A stretch of 64,000 nt of DNA from IMG/VR virus record IMGVR_UViG_2882284595_000003, positions 9,169 to 73,168 of that record; one strand, given 5' to 3'. The translations under genes were made by a program, and so were the position numbers. The notes beneath the pieces were generated by a model that was given only the letters and a program-made list of their open reading frames with translations, was not told the origin of the DNA and searched no databases. Positions 1 through 9,683 of this stretch are shown here, piece after piece; the stretch's first letter is position 1; each line of letters begins with the position of its first letter. Origin of the DNA: a virus (taxonomy: Duplodnaviria > Caudoviricetes).

Positions 1-1902
1 GCGCGGGTTGGAATTGCTCCAGGCGGTGGCGATGACCTGGCCGGCGCCCTTGGCCGCTTTCGCCGCGGTGGCCCAGCCTGCCTTCATCGCATGGCCAGTC
101 TTGCCGGCCGCGCCGCCCAGCCCGCCGAAGCGCGCGGCCAGGCCGCCGGCGCGAATGCCCAAGGTGGACAGGCTGAGGCGGGCCAGCGCGAGCGGGCCGA
201 GTACGGCGGCAATCGCCAAGCCCAGCGTGCCCACCACGGCCAGCAGCACGGACACGGCTGCGGCGATCCTCACCAGCGTGGCAGCCAGCGCCGGGTTGGC
301 CTTGGTCCAGCCGGAGATACGCTGCAGGATGTCCGCCGTGGCGCTCATGATGTCCATCAGCGGCTGGCGCAGCGCCTGGCCCATGGCGGATGACTGATTG
401 AACAGCCGGGTTTTCGTCATCTGCCACTGCGCGGACAGGGTGTCGCTCTTGGCATCGCCTTCACGCTGCATGCTGCCCTTGGCCTTGGCCTCGTTCACCA
501 GTTGCAACTGCTTGCGGTATTCGCCCAGGTTGTCGGCCAGCTTGGCGGCGTCATCGCCGTATTCCTTGCCGAACAGATCCACCATCACGCCCATTTGTTT
601 GGTTTTGGGCAGTTTATTGACCGCCTCCATCACCTTCAGGATGGTGCCGGTGGAGTCCTTCGCCATTTGCGCTTCTATCGCCTTGGCGCTGAGGCTCAGC
701 TCTTTCAGCCCCTTTTGGAAACGCTTGGGCTGCTTCTCGGCAATTTGCAGCTCGCGCACCATGGCCTTGGTGGCGGTGGCGGCGATCTCCGGCGATGATC
801 CTAGCGACAAGAAGGTGGAGCCAAGCGCCGCGGCTTCCTTGTAGTTCATGCTGCCGACACTGCCAGCGATGCGCTGCATCACATTGATGATGTCGGCGCC
901 CTTGGACTGCGCATTGTCATCCAGGTAGTTGATGACGTCGCCCAGTTGTTGGATGTCCTTGATTGGGACTTTGTAGATGTTGGCGATCTTACCCATGTCT
1001 TCGGATAGCTGGTCCGCCGGCAGGTCAAACGCGGTCGAGGCTAGGGCGGCGACGCGGGCAAACTCCAGCAGATTGTCTTTGCCCTGAATGCCCATCCGCG
1101 CGCTGCCCTCCACCAGCGCGGCTATCTCGGTGGTGGCCATCGGGATTTTCTCGGCCATAGCCTTGATGGCGTCGCCCATCTGGTAATAGGTGGCGGTCAG
1201 TCGGCCATTGTCATCGCGCGCGCCATCCACCTGCTTGGCCACGCCCAGCATGGCGTCTTCGAAACTGCTGAAGTCGGCCACCATCTTGACCGCAGGCGCA
1301 CCGATGGCCGCTCCGGTGGCGACGGTAGCGGCACTGCCGCCGACCACCTTGTCGCGTGCCTCCAATTGACGGCTATAGCGCTGCTGGGCCTCGTTCAACT
1401 GGCGCTGCCGGCCGGCGACACGGCCCAGCGCCGCCTCCCGTGTCGCCAGCGCGGCATTGGTGGCGGCGATCTTGCCGGCCAGGCTGGCTTCGGTGGCGGA
1501 GAGTTGGCGGGTGTCGATGCCTTCGCGCTGCATGGCGCTGGATGCGGCGCGGGCTGCATCCAGCTTTTTGCGGTGAGCAATGGCGAGCTTGTCCACCGCG
1601 CGCTCGGCGGCGGCGAACTGGCGGGCCAGCTTGTCGCTGGCGCCGCCGGTCTGTTGCATCTGCTTGCGCACTTCCTCCAGGCGCTGGCGCGCGCCCGTCA
1701 GGTTTTGGCCAACATCCTTGCTTTCTTTCGTCAGCTTGCGGAAGGCGTCAATGCTGCCCTGGGTGGCTTGCAGCGCCTTGAGCTGGTCGCGGCTTTCCTT
1801 CACGGCGCGCGCCAGCTCCTTGTTGCCGGCCATCGCTTGTTTCAAGGGCCGGGTCAGCTTGTCCACGGCGGCGAGGACGACTTCCAGTTTTAGCTTGCTC
1901 AT
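1..1902 (-). CDS. gpT: P2-like tail tape measure protein, 3' part outside window
   Basis: ATG at 1902 (MSKLKLEVVLAAVDKLTRPLK...), Ala-rich helical sequence, directly downstream of E/E'; absent from the ORF track because it has no stop in the window. Confidence 0.9.
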   Translation of the reverse strand, partial: MSKLKLEVVLAAVDKLTRPLKQAMAGNKELARAVKESRDQLKALQATQGSIDAFRKLTKESKDVGQNLTGARQRLEEVRKQMQQTGGASDKLARQFAAAERAVDKLAIAHRKKLDAARAASSAMQREGIDTRQLSATEASLAGKIAATNAALATREAALGRVAGRQRQLNEAQQRYSRQLEARDKVVGGSAATVATGAAIGAPAVKMVADFSSFEDAMLGVAKQVDGARDDNGRLTATYYQMGDAIKAMAEKIPMATTEIAALVEGSARMGIQGKDNLLEFARVAALASTAFDLPADQLSEDMGKIANIYKVPIKDIQQLGDVINYLDDNAQSKGADIINVMQRIAGSVGSMNYKEAAALGSTFLSLGSSPEIAATATKAMVRELQIAEKQPKRFQKGLKELSLSAKAIEAQMAKDSTGTILKVMEAVNKLPKTKQMGVMVDLFGKEYGDDAAKLADNLGEYRKQLQLVNEAKAKGSMQREGDAKSDTLSAQWQMTKTRLFNQSSAMGQALRQPLMDIMSATADILQRISGWTKANPALAATLVRIAAAVSVLLAVVGTLGLAIAAVLGPLALARLSLSTLGIRAGGLAARFGGLGGAAGKTGHAMKAGWATAAKAAKGAGQVIATAWSNSNPR

Positions 1903-2078
1903 TCGTCGGCGTTTCCTGATCGAAGGCGGGCGCGCTCGCGCCAGCTGGCCAGCTCGGCCAGCGGCATGGCGTCATAGGCGGCGGGCGGCCAGTGGAACAC
2001 GGTAGCAATGTCGGCGATGGCGTCGTCTACGCTTGCGGAGATGGGATATCCTGCTGTTCCGATTTCTTCAGCAAAAAA
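1899..2078 (-). CDS. gpE': gpE' extension of tail assembly chaperone, reached by -1 frameshift
   Basis: ADIATVFHWPP...ELASWRERA is the P2 GpE family signature; it lies in the -1 frame after TTTTTTG at 2072-2078. Confidence 0.88.
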   Translation of the reverse strand, partial: FFAEEIGTAGYPISASVDDAIADIATVFHWPPAAYDAMPLAELASWRERARLRSGNADE

Positions 2079-2323
2079 GCCGCCACCATCGAGGCGCATT
2101 CGGTGAAGTCCGCCACGTCCATCTTGGTGACGTCTTGCTCGTTCAGCGCCGGGCTGGTGATGCGCGGCAGCACTTTGTGTAGCGCGCTGACGTCCATCTG
2201 CAGGAGGTCGGACAGCTTGATGCCGCGCAGCTCGCCGGCGCCGGGCTTGCGCAGCTCGATGGCGGTGATTTCGCTGTCGCCGCGCTTGATCGGGGTGTCC
2301 AGGGTGATGATGTTTTCGCTCAT
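2027..2323 (-). CDS. gpE: tail assembly chaperone gpE
   Basis: ITLDTPIKRG...LRKPGAGELRG motif; located between tube and tape measure genes. Confidence 0.92.
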   Translation of the reverse strand: MSENIITLDTPIKRGDSEITAIELRKPGAGELRGIKLSDLLQMDVSALHKVLPRITSPALNEQDVTKMDVADFTECASMVAAFLLKKSEQQDIPSPQA

Positions 2324-2375
2324 GATGATTCCTATGGAGTGTGTCGGCCCGCCGGCGGCAGGCCGTGAGGGTGAG

Positions 2376-2888
2376 TTACAGACCTACGTTTTTGCGGTGC
2401 TGGGCCTGGCGGTCCACGCCCATGACTTTGAACACGTCGTTCACCACATCCAGCTCCATCCATTCCTTGCCGTTTACCACCAGCTTGAAATAGCTGAGGC
2501 TGGTTTTTACTTTGAAGCTGCCGTTGTCGCCGGCCTTGGCGTCGCCCAGGTCCAGCTCGTTGTGGCGGCCGCGCGCGACGACTTCCACCGCGTGGTCGCT
2601 GCCGTCGCTTTCATCGGCATAACTGCCCATCCAGCGCAGTTCTGACGCGTCGTGTTTGTCGGCGCCGAAGCTGGCGACGATTTCTTCAACCGGCCCGCTG
2701 TAGGTGTGTTCCATTTCCAGCTTGTCGATGCCCTTGAGCAGATCGACGGAACCGATCATGCCGGCGCCGCGGTACTCCTCGGTCTTCATGGCGAGCTTGG
2801 GCAGCTTCATTTCCAGACATTCGGCGACAAAGCTTTTGCGGTTGTTGAATACGTTGAATTTGCGCAGGGTGCGCGGCAGTCCTGCCAT
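2376..2888 (-). CDS. gpFII: major tail tube protein
   Basis: 170 aa, LPRTLRKFNVF...LPKL..KTEEYRGAGM; follows sheath gene. Confidence 0.95.
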   Translation of the reverse strand: MAGLPRTLRKFNVFNNRKSFVAECLEMKLPKLAMKTEEYRGAGMIGSVDLLKGIDKLEMEHTYSGPVEEIVASFGADKHDASELRWMGSYADESDGSDHAVEVVARGRHNELDLGDAKAGDNGSFKVKTSLSYFKLVVNGKEWMELDVVNDVFKVMGVDRQAQHRKNVGL

Positions 2889-2903
2889 GGGGTTCTCCTG
2901 GGG

Positions 2904-4076
2904 TTAGCGGTTGACCTGGTCGGCGAAATCCATCAGGTAGCGGTCGGTGATGCGCTGGCGGAAGGTGAGGTTTTCCAGCGGCGGAACTTCGGTGTATTCG
3001 TAGTCGATGGCCAGCTTGCCGGTCTTTAGTCCTTCCTTGTCGTTGGCGCTCTCGTCGTACCAGGCGCGGAAGCCCAGCAGATAGCCGGCCGTCACCAGCT
3101 CGCGGCCCTTGGCGTTGATGCCCTCCACGATGTCTTTCACCAGTACCGGCGTCAGCGGCTTGTCCATCGCCCACATATGGGCCTCGGCGATGGTGTCGGC
3201 CAGCACCTGGGCGGTGCGGGTGGACGACTCGAATGGGAACTGCGGGTCGCTGGAGCAATTGCGGCTTCCCCAAAAGCGGAAGCCTTCGCGGCGGATCAGG
3301 GTGGTGATGCCTTTTTCGTTGAGGTAGCCGGCGTCGGTGGCCGGGTGCTGCAAGTCCCAATACACATCGCGGCTGATGCCGCTGACGCCTTGCACCACGA
3401 CGTTGGAAAGCGTCTTGTGCCAGCCTTCGGACTCGTCCAGCGCGGCGCGCAGGCCCAGCGCGTGGGCGGTGGCCGGCGCGATGGCATCCTTGCCGGCGGC
3501 GCTATCCCAAACCAGGAAGTCCGGCCAGATCAGCATCAGCTCGCGCTGGCCAAAGTTGGCGCGGTAGGCGGCGACGTCTTCCTTGGTCTTGCAGCCCCAG
3601 GCGCTGATATAGGCCATGGCGCGCAGCTTGACGGCGATGGCCGCCAGTTCGGTGGCAACCGGCAGCGTGTCCAGGCCGGGCGCGCCCAAGATGCGCGGAC
3701 GCACGCCGACGCGCTGCTGGGCAGACAACAACGCTTTCAGGCCGGTGTATTGGCCGGCCGCGGTGGTGGTGCCGATGACGAGGCCGTTTTGCTCGGCCTC
3801 GTCCTTGCCGGTCTTGATCCGCACCACCACCACCAGCGGGCTGGCGTTGTCGGCGATGGCGTCGAGGCTGGCGGCCAGCGTGCCTTTGCTGCCGGCCTGG
3901 CCGATGGCGCGCTGAACATCGGTGATCAGTACCGCGGTGTCGAGCGGGAAGGCGGCCGGGTCGGCATCGTCTGCGGTGCAGACCATGCCAATGACGGCGG
4001 TGGAAATCGTGCGAATGGGGCGCGTGCCGTTGGCGATTTCAAGCACGCGCACGCCGTGGTGGTAATCCTGGGGCAT
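2904..4076 (-). CDS. gpFI: contractile tail sheath protein
   Basis: DYHHGVRVLE start, GFRFWGSR and PPLENLTF motifs. Confidence 0.96.
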   Translation of the reverse strand: MPQDYHHGVRVLEIANGTRPIRTISTAVIGMVCTADDADPAAFPLDTAVLITDVQRAIGQAGSKGTLAASLDAIADNASPLVVVVRIKTGKDEAEQNGLVIGTTTAAGQYTGLKALLSAQQRVGVRPRILGAPGLDTLPVATELAAIAVKLRAMAYISAWGCKTKEDVAAYRANFGQRELMLIWPDFLVWDSAAGKDAIAPATAHALGLRAALDESEGWHKTLSNVVVQGVSGISRDVYWDLQHPATDAGYLNEKGITTLIRREGFRFWGSRNCSSDPQFPFESSTRTAQVLADTIAEAHMWAMDKPLTPVLVKDIVEGINAKGRELVTAGYLLGFRAWYDESANDKEGLKTGKLAIDYEYTEVPPLENLTFRQRITDRYLMDFADQVNR

Positions 4077-4104
4077 GTCTCAGTCTCCGGGTGAGGTTCT
4101 GAGC

Positions 4105-4165
4105 ATGTTGCCGCGCTAAATCTGTCTGGTCAGCTGACGCTTGTTGTGTGGAAGGACGGCACAAC
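4105..4165 (-). promoter_or_regulatory. P2-type late promoter PF (Ogr-family activator dyad plus -10)
   Basis: GTTGTG-N11-CACAAC at 4143-4165 and CAACAT -10-like hexamer at 4105-4110; same geometry as the copies at 9722 and 56725. Confidence 0.8.
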
Positions 4166-4202
4166 CTAGGATGAAATAATCCGTATTTTCACGTAATTGC
4201 TC

Positions 4203-4631
4203 ATGCCGTTTCCCGTCTCCGCCTTGGTCCATCAATTTCTGGAACAAGCGGACGAGAGGGATATGCTGTCGTTGTTGAGCATGCTGGAGAAAATAGCCCG
4301 GCAGGATGTGCCGCTGCATATGCGGGCCGGGATGGCTGTGGATTTGCGCGAGCTGTTGGCGGATGCGGCATTGCGCGACAGCGTGCAGGCCCGGCAATTG
4401 GGCCAGCTATCCGATTCCGAGGTATCCGTAGTTTTACTTATCGCCGCTGGGAAAAGCCACCGCCGGGCGGCGGAAATGCTGGACATCAGCGAGCGCACCA
4501 TCCGCGCCCATATCGAAAATTCCATGAAAAAACTGGGGCTTAAGCCGGCGGCGGGAGACAAGCGGCTGGATGCCCGCTTACTCATCGCGCACATATTTTT
4601 GCCTGATGTTATGCAGCGTATTAGCGATTAA
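4203..4631 (+). CDS. LuxR-type helix-turn-helix protein (moron)
   Basis: LSDSEVSVVLLIAAGKSHRRAAEMLDISERTIRAHIENSMKKLG is a LuxR C-terminal HTH; opposite strand between G and FI; start uncertain (4197 or 4203). Confidence 0.8.
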   Translation: MPFPVSALVHQFLEQADERDMLSLLSMLEKIARQDVPLHMRAGMAVDLRELLADAALRDSVQARQLGQLSDSEVSVVLLIAAGKSHRRAAEMLDISERTIRAHIENSMKKLGLKPAAGDKRLDARLLIAHIFLPDVMQRISD

Positions 4632-4713
4632 GCCAATATGCAGCCGCGAGAAATTCCATAAAAATACTGTTTTGGAATTTTTCACCCAAAAGCAAAAACT
4701 AAAAGGCAAGAAA

Positions 4714-4938
4714 ATGCGCAATCGCTCTGAAGCTATTCATTTGAATCCCCTTATTGGAACCTCGCCGCGTGACACCCTAGAAAATCTCTGTTGCTGCCTA
4801 GATAAAATCGGCCACACCCTGGCATCCCATCACGATGACCCATCGATTGGGTTTATCTCGGATGCGGCCGTCGCCGCCCTGAGATTTGAAGTCGATCAGA
4901 TCGGCAAACGGCCACCGCCGCAAGGCAAGGCGGCATAA
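4714..4938 (+). CDS. small hypothetical protein (74 aa)
   Basis: ATG after purine-rich AAAGGCAAG; ends just before a hairpin terminator. Confidence 0.55.
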   Translation: MRNRSEAIHLNPLIGTSPRDTLENLCCCLDKIGHTLASHHDDPSIGFISDAAVAALRFEVDQIGKRPPPQGKAA

Positions 4939-4944
4939 ACAAAC

Positions 4945-4964
4945 AGCCCCGCGAATGCGGGGCT
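4945..4964. terminator. likely bidirectional intrinsic terminator
   Basis: AGCCCCGC-gaat-GCGGGGCT between convergent genes. Confidence 0.75.
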
Positions 4965-4967
4965 TTG

Positions 4968-5582
4968 TCATAGTGCGGCTGGCGGTGCCGGCCAATTGAC
5001 TGCGGCCGGGTAGCCTGGCTGCTGCGGCACGCGGGACAGCTCCACCCGGTAGCGCCGCCAGGCGGCCAACAGTTCGGCTTCAGCTGGCGTCGCCATGCCC
5101 AGGTCAGCCGCATCATGCAGCGGCACAATGGCCGCATCGGCCTGGCCGCGCCGCGCGGCGATTTCCGTTTCGACTGCGGCACGCTGTGCGGCCAACGCGG
5201 CGGCGTGGTCAACGCTCCAACCCGCGCCATCCCACACGCCAAACGGTGGCGGCGCCAGCTCGGTCGCGCCCAGCGCCTCCGGCGTGTCGCCCAGCTGCGC
5301 GGCAATCGGCTGCGCCGTGGCGGTGTCCCACAGCGGCACGCCGCGCCAATCCGGCAGCAGCTGCCAGCCGCCACCCAGGATGCAATGGGCGGGGATGCTG
5401 CCGTCGGCCGCGCGCCAGGCGGCCGCGTGGCGCGGGCCGGCCGCCGGAGGGGCAGCTTCTGCCGCCCAGGCGGGAATCAGATAGACCTCGTCCACATCCA
5501 GCGGCGAGCGTTGCGCCGTGGTTTGCCCGGTGCATTCGCCGGTCGCGGCGCTGTAGCAATACACTATTTTTTGTTCGTTCAT
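4968..5582 (-). CDS. tail fibre assembly chaperone (P2-like phage)
   Basis: MNEQKIVYCYS...WRRYRVELSRV...WP C-terminus typical of Tfa proteins; GAGG RBS; follows fibre gene. Confidence 0.9.
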   Translation of the reverse strand: MNEQKIVYCYSAATGECTGQTTAQRSPLDVDEVYLIPAWAAEAAPPAAGPRHAAAWRAADGSIPAHCILGGGWQLLPDWRGVPLWDTATAQPIAAQLGDTPEALGATELAPPPFGVWDGAGWSVDHAAALAAQRAAVETEIAARRGQADAAIVPLHDAADLGMATPAEAELLAAWRRYRVELSRVPQQPGYPAAVNWPAPPAAL

Positions 5583-6570
5583 TGGTACCCCCTCAGACTT
5601 TGATGCAGGCCAGCAGCGCGACGTTGCGGGGCCGGGACTCGTTGCCGCCGGTGCTGTATGTCGCGTAACGCAAATACCTGCCGCTGCCGTTCCACTCTCC
5701 CAACAATTCATTTGACGCCTGCCGCGCGCCCAAATCCAGCGGCGCGCCGCCATTGTCCACGAGGACAGTGTCCTGGCCGGCAATATTGCCTGCCGGTGTC
5801 GGGATGGCGTGATCGTGTGCCAGATTCTGAGAGGCCTGGCGGCTACCAAAACTGCGGCCGGCGACGTCTACACCGCCCCCAGCATCCCAGCCGCGGATAA
5901 ACTCGCCGCGTAGATCTGGCACGCCGAATGTGGTTTTGCCATCGCCAGCGCCGAATCGCTCACCAATGGCCGCAAACAGTGCGGCGTAGGTTGCGCGCGA
6001 TACATCCTGCGCGCCGTTGCAGATGATCCAGCCCGGCGGCGGCGTGTCGCGGGCGAAATAGGCAATCTGCCCAGGCGGCGCGGCGGCGGTGATGCCATCC
6101 TGCGTGGTGGCGGCATCCGCCAGCTGGCGCCACACAGTCCAGCGGCCCTGATAGCGGCAGCGGTGCCAGAATCCCCCATCGGCAAACGCCTGATAGGTGT
6201 GATAGACCATCTCGCCGGTCGCCCTCACGGTCAGTTGGCCGGCCTGTGGGCAGGGCCAATTCTTGCCCTTGATCGCATTATCGTTGGCGGGATTGTGGTA
6301 AATGCCGGTGATAGTGAGGGTGTCCAGATCTACCGCCGATGCAATATCCGCCCGCAGTGGCAATGCATCGGCGATGCCATAACCGTCCAGCGTGGCGGCC
6401 TTGTCGGCCTTGGTGGCCAGCTTCTTGGTCAGGTTGGCCGCAAAACTGGCGTCATTGTCCAGCGCGGCCGCCAGCTCTTGCAGGGTGTCCAGGGCGCCCG
6501 GTGCGCCGGCGATGACGTTACTGATAGCCGCTTGCAGCTCGGCCTTGGTGGCGGCGTCGGTGATGCCGTA
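5032..6570. repeat. direct repeat copy 1 (tail fibre 3' half plus chaperone), shared with 15888-17426
   Basis: Colinear at constant offset 10856 at every point checked; few substitutions in the core. Confidence 0.95.
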
Positions 6571-7197
6571 GCCAGCCAAGGTGCTGGCTTTGTCGGCTTT
6601 GCCGGCCAGCTTCTTGGTCAGGTTGGCGGCGAAGCTGGCGTCATTGTCCAGTGCCGTCGCCAGCTTTTGCAGGGTGTTGAGCGCGCCGGGCGCACCGGCC
6701 ACCACGCCATCAATGGCGGCTTGCAATTCGGCCTTGCTGGCGGCGTCGGCGATGCCGTAGCCGGCGAGGGTGGATGGCTTGCCGCTGGCAATCTTGTTCC
6801 AGTCCAGCGCTGGCACGTCCGCCGCCGTCATCTGTCGCCCAGCTGCCACGCGGCCTTTCGCATCCACCGTCACCATGCCGTAACTACCGGCGGTCACGCC
6901 GCTGTTTGCCAGCGTCAGCGCGCCGCTGACATTGCCGCTGCCGTCGAACGTCACGCTCCAGCTACCATCCCCGGTCATGGCGAGGTTGCGCGGGGTCTTG
7001 AGGCGGTCGGCGTACTCGGCCACCAGCGCGCCGGACACGATGTCGTCTATCTGCTTCTTCAGGTACTCGGTGCGCTCCAGCAACTCGGACGGCGCACGGT
7101 TGAGCGGGCCGCCGTCGCCGCCCAGCAATCGCTCCGTTACCTCGTAGCGGGTGACGCCGGGCCAACCGGGCGTAGCGGGGATGGGAAGGGCTGTCAT
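5593..7197 (-). CDS. gpH: tail fibre protein (P2-like phage)
   Basis: VTVDAKGRV and TLAGYGI repeats, tail-collar domain PPGW..CNG...FGVPDLRGEFIRGWD, RPRNVALLACIK end; start moved to ATG 7197 overlapping the gpI stop. Confidence 0.93.
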   Translation of the reverse strand: MTALPIPATPGWPGVTRYEVTERLLGGDGGPLNRAPSELLERTEYLKKQIDDIVSGALVAEYADRLKTPRNLAMTGDGSWSVTFDGSGNVSGALTLANSGVTAGSYGMVTVDAKGRVAAGRQMTAADVPALDWNKIASGKPSTLAGYGIADAASKAELQAAIDGVVAGAPGALNTLQKLATALDNDASFAANLTKKLAGKADKASTLAGYGITDAATKAELQAAISNVIAGAPGALDTLQELAAALDNDASFAANLTKKLATKADKAATLDGYGIADALPLRADIASAVDLDTLTITGIYHNPANDNAIKGKNWPCPQAGQLTVRATGEMVYHTYQAFADGGFWHRCRYQGRWTVWRQLADAATTQDGITAAAPPGQIAYFARDTPPPGWIICNGAQDVSRATYAALFAAIGERFGAGDGKTTFGVPDLRGEFIRGWDAGGGVDVAGRSFGSRQASQNLAHDHAIPTPAGNIAGQDTVLVDNGGAPLDLGARQASNELLGEWNGSGRYLRYATYSTGGNESRPRNVALLACIKV

Positions 7198-7760
7198 GTT
7201 CGTATCACTCCTGCGGTATAGGCGCCGTTGGCGCTGGCGTAGCCGTTGGCGATCAGTGTGGCGCCGGTGAAGTCCAAGCCCCACAGCACGCAACGTGCCG
7301 GGGCCACATCATTGAGAATTCTGCGGGCAGCGGCGGCCTGCTCCAGGCTCAGCATCTTGTCGATCTGCACCCGGTATTCAGGCCAGCCGGCGGGATCGCC
7401 TGCGGTGCCGAAGCCATCGGCCACCAGTTCGCCGTCTGCCTGGTAGTGGTGGTTGCCCTCGTTGATTCGCACTTCGCCCAGACCGAGGTCGCGGAACACC
7501 TGGCGCACAGCCGAGAGGGTTCCCTTGCGGCGGTGGACGGCGACGGAGGAGGCAATCAGGGCGCGTTGTTGCTCCTCGGTGGCGGCGGCGTCGAAGTTTG
7601 CCACGCTGCGGGACCACGCCAGCCAGGGCAGCAGCGGCGCCGGGCAGCGGCGGCTGTCGGCCAGGCCACGAATCGGCGATGGGTCCAGCGTCAGCGCGCA
7701 GGCATCGGCCAGCGCGGCTTCAAGCGGCGTGCGGTTGGGCGGCAGCAGTTGGCGGCTCAT
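7194..7760 (-). CDS. gpI: baseplate/tail protein I
   Basis: LLPPNRTPLE...CPAPLLPWLAW...HRRKGT signature. Confidence 0.92.
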   Translation of the reverse strand: MSRQLLPPNRTPLEAALADACALTLDPSPIRGLADSRRCPAPLLPWLAWSRSVANFDAAATEEQQRALIASSVAVHRRKGTLSAVRQVFRDLGLGEVRINEGNHHYQADGELVADGFGTAGDPAGWPEYRVQIDKMLSLEQAAAARRILNDVAPARCVLWGLDFTGATLIANGYASANGAYTAGVIRT

Positions 7761-8647
7761 TGCGGCGTCACCGTGATGGCGGCGCAGTCGGGAAACTGGC
7801 CAACGCCGCACAGCACGTCCGCCGCCGGACTGGCGATGCTGACACGGTCCACGCCTGGCACATGCAATGCGGCGTCAATGGCGGAGCGCGGCACGCTGCC
7901 GCCGATTTTGCGGCGCTCGGCAAGCATCCGGTCCAGTCGGTCGCGGGCGCCGGCCAGTCCGCCGCTGGCGGCCTCGCCGCCAGGCTGGTACAGGATGCGG
8001 GCATCGATAGCGAATGCCAGCGGCTGGCTGGCGCAGACCTGCACCGTGTCGCACAGCGGACGCACGTCCTCGGCGCTCAACGCGGCGGCGACGGTATCGC
8101 ATAGCGCTGGGCTGGCGATGCCGTCACGGCCCAGCAGCCACACCCGCACCACGCCGCCGGCCGGGGTATCCACATCGGCATCCAGCACCTCGGCGCTGGC
8201 GCTCAAGGCATGAAACAAGTACGCGCCGCGCGGCCCGCCGCTGGCCAGCCCTTCCAGCGCCATCTGGCAGCGATAGCGCAGCCGGCTGTCGTCTTCCCAT
8301 AGCGCCTCGGTTGGCGGGGTGACGTCCGGGTTGGCTGGCTGGATCAGCAGCCGCTGCACGCCGTAGTCTGCGGCGCGGTTGTCGAGATCGGCGCCGGCGG
8401 CGTAGGCCAGCAGGCTGGCGCGGGCGGCTTCGTTGACGCGCTGGCGCAGCAGCATTTCGCGGTAGCTGGCCAGCTGCAGCGCCATGGTGATCGGCTCGCT
8501 TTCCAGTTGCAGCGCGGCGGCGTAGCTCGCGCGCTGCTCAGGCGGGACCCGCGCAAGAAAACCGGATTTGTAGGCCTCAAGCAGAGTTTCGTAATCGATG
8601 GCATCCACGATGGTCGGCGCGGGCAGGCGGGTCAGGTCTATGGCCAT
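7757..8647 (-). CDS. gpJ: baseplate wedge protein J
   Basis: IDLTRLPAPTIV...RQRVNEAARA...VRPLCD signature. Confidence 0.94.
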   Translation of the reverse strand: MAIDLTRLPAPTIVDAIDYETLLEAYKSGFLARVPPEQRASYAAALQLESEPITMALQLASYREMLLRQRVNEAARASLLAYAAGADLDNRAADYGVQRLLIQPANPDVTPPTEALWEDDSRLRYRCQMALEGLASGGPRGAYLFHALSASAEVLDADVDTPAGGVVRVWLLGRDGIASPALCDTVAAALSAEDVRPLCDTVQVCASQPLAFAIDARILYQPGGEAASGGLAGARDRLDRMLAERRKIGGSVPRSAIDAALHVPGVDRVSIASPAADVLCGVGQFPDCAAITVTPQ

Positions 8648-8651
8648 GCGG

Positions 8652-9008
8652 TCAGCTCCTCAAGGGAATGGCAAATTGCAGCGGCTGGCCGCCGGCCCGG
8701 CGCCTGGCGTCGATGTCGATGGTCAGCGCGCCAGCCGCGGCGCCGGTTCCGGTCTGCAAGAGGACGCGTGTCAGTTCTATCCGCGGCTCCCAGGCGGCCA
8801 GCGCCATGACGGTGGTGGCCATCGCCTGCATGCGGGTCTTGCCGTTTAGCGGGCGGTCGATCAGGTCCGGCAGGATGCTGCCGAACTCGCGCCGCTCGAT
8901 GCGCGAGCCGCGCGGGGTGGTGAGGATGCGGGCGATGGATTGGCGGATGTGGTCGTCATCGTGGATGGCGCGGCCGGTAGCGGCGTCCATGCCGGTGTAG
9001 CTGCTCAT
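8652..9008 (-). CDS. gpW: baseplate protein W (gp25-like)
   Basis: HIRQSIARILTTPRGSRIERREFGS...WEPRI. Confidence 0.94.
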   Translation of the reverse strand: MSSYTGMDAATGRAIHDDDHIRQSIARILTTPRGSRIERREFGSILPDLIDRPLNGKTRMQAMATTVMALAAWEPRIELTRVLLQTGTGAAAGALTIDIDARRRAGGQPLQFAIPLRS

Positions 9009-9676
9009 CGGGGTGGCTCCGTATTGCCGCCGTGCGGGTCGGGGTGGGTGTGGCTGTGCAGCGTCACGCCGTTGGACGACAACGCGCCGCCGCTATGGTT
9101 GATGTTGCCGCTGATGGTGGTGGACGCGCCGCCGGCGCCGCCCGATCCCGCCATGCCGGCGAGGTAACTGAACAGGCCGGACACGGTAGCTTTCGCCCTG
9201 GCTATCACGTCGCCCAGCACGGTCAAGCGGCCCAGGATCGTGACGTTGCCGGTGATGACGGTTTCCGGGCAACTCACGGTGACGAGTACGGCGGCCTGCA
9301 CCGTGGCGGTCTGGATGCCGGACACGCTGAGCGCGCCGGCGGCGTGGTTGTAGAGGATGCGGGCGCCGTCCGGGTAGACGCGCAAATGTTCGTCGGGGCT
9401 GTGGGAGGGCGCCGGCCGCTGATCGGAATACAGGCCCAGCAGCACAATGGCGGTCGCCGGGTCGCCGCTGGGACAGAGCAATATCACCTGCTCGCCCTCG
9501 GTGGGCGGGTTCCAGTCGCGGGTCTGGCCAGCGCGCGGCGCGAGCCAGGGTAGCCAGTGGCTGGTGAGGTCGCCGGATTGCACGCGCACGCGCTCGGCGT
9601 CGTGATCCACCTGGGCGATGGTGCCCAGGCGGATCAGCGACTCAATGCGGCGGGAGAGGTCTGCGTAATCGTCCAT
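9005..9676 (-). CDS. gpV: baseplate spike protein V
   Basis: LIRLGTI...WLPWL..RAG...PPTEGEQV; C-terminal HSHTH metal-binding tip. Confidence 0.94.
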   Translation of the reverse strand: MDDYADLSRRIESLIRLGTIAQVDHDAERVRVQSGDLTSHWLPWLAPRAGQTRDWNPPTEGEQVILLCPSGDPATAIVLLGLYSDQRPAPSHSPDEHLRVYPDGARILYNHAAGALSVSGIQTATVQAAVLVTVSCPETVITGNVTILGRLTVLGDVIARAKATVSGLFSYLAGMAGSGGAGGASTTISGNINHSGGALSSNGVTLHSHTHPDPHGGNTEPPR

Positions 9677-9683
9677 GCCGGGC

